This document shows, one piece after another, positions 50,401 through 60,177 of a DNA stretch of 60,177 bases. The stretch comes from Catajapyx aquilonaris (Eukaryota). Below the pieces are notes generated by a model. The model had not been told where the DNA came from and made no database searches. It saw nothing but the letters and a program-made list of their open reading frames with translations. Position 1 is the first letter of the stretch. Every line of letters begins with the position of its first letter. The position numbers were made by a program, and so were the translations under genes. Where the stretch lies: the NCBI GenBank assembly GCA_000934665.2, contig KZ538589.1, positions 1 through 60,177 of the forward strand. Direction: 5' to 3'.

Positions 50401-50814
50401 CCTGTATTACAGTTACCCTGTGTCAATTACAGTATAAAAACGAAAAACAATCGAACGTCCAGCCGAATGCTCTTTAAGTGTCGTCCCCACGTCTACCGAA
50501 TAGCTTTTCTGGCTTCGAAGTTGAAGGCTTGGTATTCATTCCCACACATGTTACGTGGCTTGATAAAAGCAGTTCTTTCTTGTGGTCAGATGTAAAGCTG
50601 CATGTCCCTCTTCGGATAAGAGTACATTATTTGCTGCAATCCGCTTAAAATCGCAGGTAGTACAATACTTTGTCCTCAGCTGGTTACACGCTGCCTTCAT
50701 ATCTTTCTGTTCGTGACAAAACAGTATCAAAGGCCTAAGATCATATTAGGCATTATTGGAAGCCCATCTAAAAGAATAATATTATTGTAAAAAGATTGGC
50801 AAACACATGAGCGT

Positions 50815-51112
50815 GATTAGAATAGACTTTTTCACGTTTACTTCTATTGTCCCCAACGTCTGTCACGGGACTGGGAGGGGGCAAAGAGTGATCTTGGGGA
50901 AGGGGCAGTGTGGGGAGGGAGCAGCCAGGGGAAGGGGCGAATAGAGTGAACGCGGAACCCGAAAACCGAAAAAAGTCTTGTAGCACGGTTCTGTCTGTCT
51001 GGTCTGGGGGGGAATGGTCGGTCAGGGGTATTAGGGGTGGTGGGGGAGCGGGCAGCCAGGGGGCTCGAAAAAAGTCTTATAGCACGGCTGTCTGTCTGTC
51101 TGATACCTGCCC

Positions 51113-51145
<33 letters not shown>

Positions 51146-51183
51146 GCCGTTCTGGGAGACTTTTTTCTTCGAAAAAGACTAAT
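50815..51183. mobile_element. DINE-1/Helentron-associated-like non-autonomous element
   Basis: GC-rich internal direct repeats (GCAGCCAGGGG..GAAAAAAGTCTTxTAGCACGG twice), (GACA)n microsatellite at ~51113-51143 and a short terminal stem-loop. Confidence 0.5.
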
Positions 51184-51299
51184 ACGAAAACTGAAAAGCA
51201 TGAGTCAAGAAGCAGTATAAATTCTTGTGTGTGTCTTGTTGTTGTATTGGCACAGGGTTCACATCATTTGAGTGTGGTGCCTGGCGCAGGGCGAGATTT

Positions 51300-52400
51300 C
51301 TGACTTTGCAGGTGATTACCTGATGGAACAATAGGTATTGTTTTGAAAAGTAATGGTATAATAACTTGCTGCACACATTGTGCATCCCAACAATGGTACA
51401 GTTATCGGCACAACTGCATGTGCAACACTACTTTGACCTCACCTCTCATAATAATTGAAACCAGCAGCCCCATCTGTGAGGCTGTACTTACACGGGATTT
51501 TAATTTTTTTCTGTATGAGCAGCAGTATTCATTAATAACAATGATCTCACATGACCGTGAGCTGACACAGAGATTTTCAAAAGTTGAAGGAATATCTCTG
51601 GAACTTTCTCAGATGCTGCGTCAATTTGGACCTCAACTTCCCTTCTTTGCATAACTTCACTGATGTCGTAAGTTACAGCTCCATGTTTAGATATAATTAT
51701 GTTAGTTATGAGGAAGAAACTTACCCTTTCAGCCGTCAGGCGGTACTCCTCGAGTTGCAGCACACTTGCTGGTCAAATGTAACGTGAGAAACTTCCTATG
51801 CTTCAAGTATATTATGAAAAGTACTGTACCTCTGTTTTCCAGCTTGGCTGGGAAGCCCATCAGTTGGAACTCACTTATTACAGCAAGGACCTTGTTCTCC
51901 GAAACCGAAACTGTAGGGCTTCCAGCTGGTCCCGATAGGCTCTCCAACTTGGATGTCGTTGACTGGTGGTCTCTGGCCAGTGCATCTTGCCTTTCCGCTG
52001 TCACCGATAGTTCGGTCTTCACCTCCTGAAGTCCAACCGCCCATTTCGCCTCCAACTGGTCAGCTACCGAGGAGAGTTTGGCTGTCAAACGCCCCTCCAT
52101 TTCGTTCAGTAGTCTTCTGTAGTTCCTTAATGAACGTTGGGAAGAAAACCTATTTATGCGTCACACTACACCGTCACTGTGGGAAACTTTCCAGTGACGT
52201 CACAATTGGTAACAATGAATATTGGAAGTCGTTAATACCAGGCGCAATATGTTATTGCAATGAAAGCAAAACCGGTACATGATTTGATGAGGCCATGTGG
52301 ATTATTTTCCAAAGCCAGTAATTACAAAATATCTTCTACAACTGCTCTCAACACATCATCCAGTCGGATGAAAAAATTTGGTCACCCAGCACGAAGCCTT
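51300..52400 (-). pseudogene. Viral RdRp-like relic, C-terminal region (copy F), interrupted by a LINE ORF1-like piece
   Basis: IIISKHGAV (~51690) matches LLITKNGAV (copy E) and TCSKNGRV (copy G). IFIVTNCDV (~52205) matches ILVDHNCEI (copy E). Confidence 0.45.
51850..52105 (-). mobile_element. Coiled-coil fragment resembling LINE ORF1
   Basis: MEGRLTAKLSSVADQLEAK..LQEVKTELS..TSKLESL heptad pattern; more GC-rich than its flanks. Confidence 0.4.
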
Positions 52401-52859
52401 TTCGGTGACCTGGAAGGAGAAGAAGATAGAAAGAAGACTACCACGTACCTTTGCGGTTACATACGTAACTTTGCGGTATAGTTACTGAGTACGACCGTTC
52501 TTCCTACTGGACACATTCCAGCTCCATATATTATTTCTTATTTATATTATGATTTAGTCGACTTGTCATAGACCTCATTCTTATGACACCCAGCGCCATC
52601 TATGACATATTATGAAGATAATTATACAACATAATTGTTGAGCCAGTAAAAATAGTCCTTAGAATGAAACATTGCTTTGTCCACTATCCATGCCAGGTAC
52701 TAACCCTTCGCAAGGAAGCACCTGCCCCAATTCACCTGAAGGTCAAAGATTTACAGTTGCATCTTGGCACTTCGACGTGTGGTTGCAGGCTTCTGCTTCA
52801 GCTGCTGGTTGTGGACCACCTCAAGCTACGGCTTGTAACAATACATAGAGAAGAGATGT

Positions 52860-55800
52860 TTTACCAAAGAACGTAAGAATGTGTTTTATTATGAGTCTTT
52901 TTGAGTATCATCCGTGTCACTTCGTCGTACTGGTTGCTCAAGATGGCGAGGCGTAGTTGGTAGGGCAAACATGTGGCTGCTAGATTAGAATTTCGATTCT
53001 CCAGGCTCACGATGTAATTTCTGTGATATCTGAATGAAGGTGCCTCCGATTTGTCTTCACTGTGGCAAATACCTTGATTTGAGAAGCTGAGTGCCAACTC
53101 GGATGATGTGTAGAAGTTACCTGCAATAAAGGCGATAATTTTTCCAATGTAATTTTGGGTTAGATCCGGATCAGTCGTACAAACGAGGCGAGTCTGGAAG
53201 AGAGAATTTCTAGAGAAATAACAGTCTCTCTCATAAAACCTGATGTTTCTGATCAAGTCCTTCGGAATAATGATTGTCCCTGGTTTTCATTTTTTTTAAA
53301 CTCTTCCGTTTTTGCTGCAAGTACTGCGGATTGATTTTTTTGAATAATTTATCAGTTCGATTGAGTTCCTTCTAGGTTTCATTTGTTGCTTCTAGCTCCT
53401 TAAATTATGTGACTTAAACATGTGCCGCGGTAACAATTATTGTGTGTCCTTCATCAGCTGTAGGAGTTTGAACATATTATTCCGTAGTTTTTGAGTCAGG
53501 TCTTCAAGGGAAGGCGGATGGTTTCTCCATGGTTTTAAGGGTCCTTTATTTATCTTTGATTTTAAAAAAATCATTGTTAGTTTAAGGAAAGATGTACGTA
53601 CATAACTTAATATAATAATTGGGTTAATTGTTCCATTTCTCTGCTTACTCTGCTCTTTAACTGAAGAACCCTTCTCACACTGTGTAAAGCCACTTCGTGT
53701 GACAGTTTATACGACTCTAGATATGTTAAATACTGCGTACGTGGGGTCATTTTAAATATTACTTCAAAGCTTTGCCACTTTCGGCACTTGCTTGCTTTTA
53801 TTTGTAATCCACATTGTGGTTCTTTCCTTTCATTATTATCATTCGGCCATAAGGGAATGACGAGATTGTTCTCTTACATAAAGATTCCTTGCTTCCCTGA
53901 TAATTATCCATTGGGAGATGCTTGACTTCAATAGAGCCACAGAGGCCAATATGCAAGTACGATGCATCATACATCAGACGCCGTAGCCAGTTCTTCAATC
54001 ACTGATATTATAGGCAATAATAAAAAAGATTCATGACAATAAAGTCGAAATGTACATCATCTTCTATTATTTATGCATTTAGTATGCATAACACGTGAGA
54101 AACCTCCATATTTAAGTGTTGGGGTGTAGTTGAAATTTTGGCCTTTTGGTTTCGTGACAGGCATCCGGAGCATTTGGTACGCCACACTCTATTGGAACTC
54201 ATCATTTTCCTTTGCCGCAATACATAAGTTAAATACTGTTGTACTCTGTGCCATTTGTCTTTACCCGTTGAGACACGGCGGAAATGAGCACTCGATGAAG
54301 TGTACGGCGTACTTTCGCATTACTTCCTGGTCGACTGGCCATGCCCCTCCACCAAGAAAGTACATTAATATCTTTAACGTCATTCTAGGAATGTAATTAG
54401 GTTGTATCATTCTGAATCAACTACAGTCGTACAAGCTGAGTGTTTTCTTGTCTCCCATACACAAAGAAGCCATGGCTGTAGAGGGGGCCTCAAACTGAAG
54501 GGGAAATGTCGTTCCATATTTTCAGATTCACGTCAGAGAATATAGTTCCAGAATCGACCAATTCACGGTACTCTTTGCCATGAATGAAACTGAAGGAAGT
54601 GGCGGTAGAGACCACAGAGTAAGGAGGCTGCTGAGAAGATTGGCTTCCCAAGGAACTATTATTTCCGGAGTCAACATCACTTACAGTATATAAGTAGCAA
54701 TTGCTTAAGTGTTGGTTTGAAGAATTTGCGTCGTGTTAATTCATCAATAATGCTATATGGAGTTCTTGCATGGCCGAGGCTTCTCCGCCACCTCTTCAGC
54801 CTTCTCGTACTGAGGTGCTCTCAAATCCATGAGAGATGTCTCCCTTCGAACAAAATATGCTCTTATGGGTGGGTCGTCGTTCTGATAGATTCGCCCTCTT
54901 CATACACTCCCTTAGCTGGCCTTTGACCATTTCAGGTGTGTCTGACATGTACCAGAATTGATGAAAATGCTATATTACTACATTATAATATGAAAGACAA
55001 TATTCAGAAATATGCATAATAATCCACAACATCAAGACATTCCATTAATTTAGCTCATGTAGACCGCAAATCATTAAAACAGCATCACTACTGAGTCTTC
55101 CATGTAACATGACATATTTTAATACTACTTTGTTGCAAAAAAAAAGCATTAAAAGTGCCTAATGCTTCATTGCGGTGTGGTGATTGCTTTAAAGGTGTGA
55201 GTTGTGAGAGATCAAAAACATCAAGTGGTTGCCTTGTCGCCCTTCTCAATCGAGGTGGACCAAGCCAGAGATACTCTGCCACTCAAAATTAACTGATTCA
55301 TTAATGAATTAAGTACTCATACATATGAGCTATGTGAGGGTGATTTCTGAAAACAGTTATAGACTGGAAATATTCTAGAAACTCGATTAGTTAAAAAAAT
55401 TCGGCCCATTGGCAACCGACCTCAATTTTTCATTTACAAAACGTGCGACATGTTGGATTTGACCTCATGGCCTTAATATGCTGCCGCTGAGGCGAATTGA
55501 TATTGGCAAAGAAAAGCGGACGGCCCAATGATTACTTCTGTAACATACGACGTCGAATCTGGAAGATGTGGTCCATTGTGGAATTATCTTCTGAAGTATC
55601 GAGTGACCCAGGTGGAATATTTCCGAAGCCATGGAATCGATTACTATGAAGTTTCTAATGCAACTTGTAGAGGTCAAATGGTTTGCCTCAGTGTTTATAT
55701 CGATCGTAAAATTGGCACAATTAGCTTCAAACATTGCCTTATTTTATTGTGCTCTTTTAAATACCGAATTATGGTGTAATTCACACACTCCTCAATATGT

Positions 55801-56230
55801 TGCAAATATGACCGTTGTATCATTTATCTTCTTGTATCTTGTATCTTCTTTCTAACTGGGTCACAATCTGTGTCGTTGCCAGTTGCCTTGTGTAATCTGT
55901 ACACGATGACAGCTGTTGATGAAAATTTCTTGACAAACGATGAGAGAATTGGTAATAGGATGATGTATATGTAACCACCTTCCCTCTTTCTAATTAGCAA
56001 GTGCATTTTGAACCTTGCTTCAATCAGTGTACGACAAGCATATTCTGCTCCACGTAGCAGAAGCATATAATCTTTGCCTATGGTAATTGCAGTTTGTAGC
56101 TATTATCGTGATGTTCAATATTCTTGGCTGTTTGAACTTGTATCTCCAAAACTGGACATAGCAGCTAGGTGAACATGTAAAAATGGACAACATGAGTGAA
56201 TAATTACGAAGTGTGGCAACTGGAACGGCC
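52860..56230 (-). pseudogene. Endogenous viral element: longest VP1-like relic, copy G
   Basis: Ordered: LRSVANG/RVSRIF (motif F-like, ~55400), CLDVVDY (motif A-like, ~55030), SVVST..VDSGTIFSDVNLKIWN (rotavirus LVST..IAGGKIFFRAGINLLN as recalled, ~54510-54620), YIPRMTLKILMYFLGGGAWP, KASKCRKWQSFE. The part above ~55480 is assigned only by contiguity. Confidence 0.62.
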
Positions 56231-56559
56231 ATGTCAGACTCTCTTGTGCAACTCGATCACCCCATGCAGCATAGACTCTCGGCTGTGTTTGTCTTTACTT
56301 CTACGTCCAAGTTGTTATGGCTGAGACTGGCAGCCTGCTTGGAGCTGGTCGCGTCCTTTCGTCAGTAGCTGTCGAAGTAGCGTCGAAGCCGTCGAAGTAG
56401 CCGTCGAAAGAAAGCCCTGCCGCTATCGAAAGTAGGCGTCCGACGCAAGCATCACCGCTAAGCCCAAAATGATTGACTGACTGAAAGTCTTCTTTTAATC
56501 TAATCTCTCGTAAAGGTACTGTGTCATCTGACATTTTTAGTACATCATTGGAAGTTTAT

Positions 56560-58250
56560 ACTACTCTTTTAGATTATGTCAAATAATGAGCGCGTGGGGT
56601 TATTTTGAGAGTTATTTCAAAGCTTTCCCACTTTCGGCACTTGCTTGCTTTTATATCTGTATTGATGTAAGATGTCTATGCTATGTAATATTTCTGCTCA
56701 ATAAGGAGACCCTATATGGCTAATCATCTTAGATGACTACTGACTACACTGATCTCCCTGATGCTACTGATTGGCATTTTCCTTTGTTTGCGTCTTCCTG
56801 CGCTTTTTTTTGTATCATCATGGTGGTATAGTCATGTCCTCCAATGGTCAAATAGAACTCGAGTGTTAGCAACAGTATCTCTAAAAACAAGATTGATTAG
56901 AAACAGCATTGTCAGTAAGTTAATTTGGGCAGAGGCAACATACTGTATATGTGTAATTTGTAATGCAACTTGCAAGAATTTAGTACCTGGAGTAAGCAAC
57001 CATGACGACGTCGTCATTTTTCCATATGCTAATAATTCACACAATCTAATTGGTTCATATGATGTGTTCAACCTATGGGTCTGGTGGGTGCGATGTGCAG
57101 CCATCGCTGTCCTTCGAGTGTGGTCCTAGGATCCTTCCAGGCCAGGCTGCCAGGCTGCAATGCGTGTTCAGATGATATGCCTTTATATTCTAACTACTCT
57201 GCACTCTTGTTGTGAACGAGAACTAGACCTACTTTCCTCCGTCTGTTGGCCTACACCTGTGGTTCCCAACCTAGGGGTCGCGCTTGGCAGCGGTAATTTT
57301 TGTATTTATAATTTTAAAAATCACATTTTTGTAGGAAGTTTTTTTCAACACCTACAAACACTCGGGGAGGGGGGGGGGGGGTCGCAGGTTACTTGCCTAT
57401 AATAAAAGGCGGTCGCTACCTGGAAAACCACTGGCCTACACGGTTCACTTGCAATATTTGTAACATGTGGTACTTCAGTTAGTTATTTCTCTTTGTCATC
57501 TTGTGCCCGAATTAGTTGTCGAAAAATAAGAGAAGGTTTCGAGAAAAATAAGAAGCCTTACCTGGATAACAGCCTATACATGCCAGGAATATGGAGTAGC
57601 GGCGGGTGGTAATTATTGTGCTTCAGTGTATCATCACCGAGGATGATCTGCTGTACTTGACTACTGGTCACGCAGAGAAAACGTTGGATGTCATCGACTC
57701 CTTGTTCCGGCCTTTTGGTACACGGGTTGTGGTCCCCCCCTTTGACATCCATCTCTCACTCATAAAACCTGATCCTCTATATGTTACTCTTCCTCGTTTT
57801 GGATGTAGATGTCTGCCTTAGAGCACAATATGCTCTTATCTGATCGATTCCCATCTCTCATGAGCACTGCATTCTACTCTGCTGGCATGTGTAAGTGACG
57901 GAAAGTGAAAGGTTTCATGTGGTCACAAGGGGAGCAACATTCCTCGATAGTTGTCTGGAGGAGCCGTCACGAGAGTTACTCGTGGAGAATATACTCTATA
58001 AGGTCTAAGCAGTCTAAGGTCTTTTCAGAGAGACCGTCTTGGTAGTCTGAGTCAAGCACTTCCCATCACAACACACGGCCTTCTCAAACTGGTTGACTAA
58101 GCCAGAGACACTCTTCCACTCCGAGTTAATTCATTAATGAATTAAGTACACGTGAGTCATGTGAGGGTGATTGCTTAAGACAATATTATTATGAGACATT
58201 ATGCTTGATATCGATTTTGGATCTCGTCAGAATACGACCTAGGAGTGGAA
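56560..58250 (-). pseudogene. Endogenous viral element: VP1 palm motifs A, B and C, copy H
   Basis: CLDLIEYILH (~57982-58011; orbivirus AIDYSEYDTH as recalled), GFMS[G]EMDVKGGDHN with a 1-nt deletion (~57725-57770; rotavirus SGEKQTKAAN), QIILGDDTL with intact GDD at 57630-57638. 58085-58175 and 56590-56655 match copy G at nucleotide level. Confidence 0.7.
57257..57433. mobile_element. hAT-type MITE inserted in viral copy H
   Basis: Termini CTGTGGTTCCC...GGAAAACCACTG; perfect 8-bp TSD GCCTACAC at 57249-57256 and 57434-57441. Confidence 0.85.
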
Positions 58251-59149
58251 TTGCAGTGTCGACCGTCTATTGCGCATAATTGCAGTGTCTTCGGGTATGT
58301 AGCTGTAATGATCTCTTCTTCCTTGAAGTTCATGGGTTCAAACAGCCATCTTCATGTGTATACCCAAGTCCGACATTCCTCACCAGATGTTAGGGCCAGG
58401 ACAGAGAGAGCAACTAGCGTCCCGATGCGATGTTTCTAGCAGCATTTGCCTTGATAATCATGATCTGCGGAGTTTCACATCAACTGAAACCTTATTCATA
58501 TGGAGCATGTATTGATAACCATTTACTTCCGCATGTACTGTGTGCGGTAGTCCATACCTAAATAAATCCTGCTGCTTGACGAGCTCAGAATTAGAGGAGC
58601 TGGTCGAATGTTTTACAGCTTAATGGACAGCTACATTTTCACTCTAAGCTTATTATTATTATTATTCAGGATTTATTTTTCACCAGTTAGACCCCTTTTT
58701 AGGGGTTTCAGTTTCTTGCATGACGTGATGGTTTTTTTTGAACTATCAACATCACATATTTTCATCTTTAATTTATGAGTTAAATTAAACCAAGCTTTGA
58801 ATAAGGATAATTGTGATTTACAGATGGAGGGAATCTGCCACCATGAAGGTCACCCTTCGCCTGTTGGGACTGCTGGGAGGACAGCAGTAGATGTGATGGA
58901 CCCTGGTCTAGGGTGTTACCCGGGTGATTAACGAGTCTTATCAACTCCATCTTGTGCGTGTTTCGAGAAATTGGTAGTGACACATAGTCATCCCTACCTC
59001 TCCAAATGTGCATGTGTACGTAATGTTACAATCATATGCATTTGAGCTGCACACTCTGTACAATTTCATTTCAATTAATGTCTTAATGACTGGCAATGAA
59101 TCGTTTGAAAGCCACACTTAGCAGGTGGGCGATCATTGCTTCATCTAAT

Positions 59150-59300
59150 GGAATGGTTTTTCTAACGGTTCATAAATGTTTTGGAAACTTTGCTTCGGGA
59201 AATTGAACATATTCCTCAGTTTAGTAAGACTGTCTTGAACCAGGTCGTCAAGGGAAGGCAGATGGTGCTGAGATATAGTCTGTCTCTTCAGCTGTAATCC
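59150..59300 (-). pseudogene. Short viral RdRp-like relic (copy I)
   Basis: GAACATATT...CAGGTCGTCAAGGGAAGGCAGATGG matches 53470-53521 of copy G. Confidence 0.45.
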
Positions 59301-59599
59301 ACGATTCAGGGTTTGGGTAATTCCACGTGAAATATTTTATCCCTTCAATAGTTTATTAACTAGAAATGTGATCGTCGTAATTGTTTAACCCTTTACCCTA
59401 CCTGTCCTCATATTATGAATACATTTTATAAAGTTTTATAAAGTTTAAGAAATTCTTGTCCATATGTGAAAAGGAACACAGAAAACAATTAAGGTTGCTT
59501 CTGTACCTGTCGTATAGTGCAGTTCAGGTGATTCCATTTCTACAATCTACATCATGGCAAGTTGGTGTTGTGTCTGGATTGCGTAAAAATAATATTATC

Positions 59600-59711
59600 T
59601 GTAAAAATTTCCTATAAGAATTTGTGGATTTTTTAACAAATTGTAGTATTAAAAAAAAAAATATATGAAAATTACCGCGGCCACGCGCGACCCCCAGATT
59701 GGGAACCACTG
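59600..59711. mobile_element. Partial hAT-type MITE, same family as 57257-57433, opposite orientation
   Basis: AAAATTACCGC..CGCGACCCC..GGGAACCACTG is the reverse complement of the 57257 terminus. Confidence 0.7.
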
Positions 59712-60009
59712 CTGTAAAGGAAGTAGTACACGTTTGTTTATCCATTTGCTGCTTCCATCTTTTGAACATGTAAGACTTACCAAGTGCCTATATTATTATT
59801 CTTGCCAAATCGGGCTCCATGGGCATAGGCCCTCGGACGGTCCCGCCACTGCCCTGGCGACGGGCCTTTCTTAGGCATCTCTCTGCAATTAAAACTAACC
59901 TGATGAACAACTGTTGGCACTGGTGAACCAAACAATAGATGAGATGTTGGTTCACGCAAGGATCTGCGGCTTCCAGACTACAGGAAGTAAATGGATAACT
60001 GGCACAGTA

Positions 60010-60177
60010 CGAGGGGCGGTCATAAAGTTCTTACAATCACCGAGAAAGAAGAGAGTCACGGGCTAGTGCAGCTATTGTGCGGTAGGTCCTTTTCCACATA
60101 TGCGCCATGCAAGGTAACACACTTCTCCCATTGATGGATGACCCGTGGGAGACCTTCGTTGAAGAAGCCTCCATTTG
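60010..60177 (-). mobile_element. Mariner transposon 3-prime end (runs off the window)
   Basis: TA|CGAGGGGCGGTCATAAAGT terminus. Minus translation GFFNEGLPRVIHQWEKCVTLHGAYVEK is a typical mariner transposase C-terminus. Confidence 0.82.

Noticed and set aside
50470..50500. RRGDDT as another polymerase motif C
   Set aside because: No hydrophobic strand before GDD, an immediate stop after it, and no motif B upstream; likely chance.
54510..55480. Mononegavirales/chuvirus L-protein reading (RTFCK, FSEITLT, FIHGKEY)
   Set aside because: Considered first, but no GDN motif was found and the sister copy has GDD and SGE-type motifs; the reovirus reading explains more copies in correct order.

Overview
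Eukaryotic, almost certainly arthropod, genomic DNA with short spliceosomal introns, insect-type gustatory receptors and tRNA-derived SINEs. Host genes reconstructed by hand: a 21-exon Torso-like receptor tyrosine kinase (863-7173, minus); two intact 4-exon gustatory receptors (9648-12016 plus; 41581-43101 minus) and a truncated third; a divergent cysteine string protein/DNAJC5 gene (20295-22857, plus) with two partial pseudogene copies; and two intronless paralogous ~507-aa leucine-rich-repeat genes with N-terminal BC-box-like motifs. The main unexpected signal is at ~27-59 kb: numerous decayed, mutually divergent fragments that, translated across stops and frameshifts, resemble the RNA-dependent RNA polymerase (VP1) of Sedoreoviridae (rotavirus/orbivirus-like motifs F, A, B SGExxT, C GDD). 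All lie on the minus strand, as do most transposon coding relics (Helitron, Tc1, mariner, LINEs). This suggests a uni-strand, piRNA-cluster-like archive of dsRNA-virus sequence. The viral assignment rests on motif comparison from memory, not a database search, and needs confirmation. Relic boundaries are approximate.
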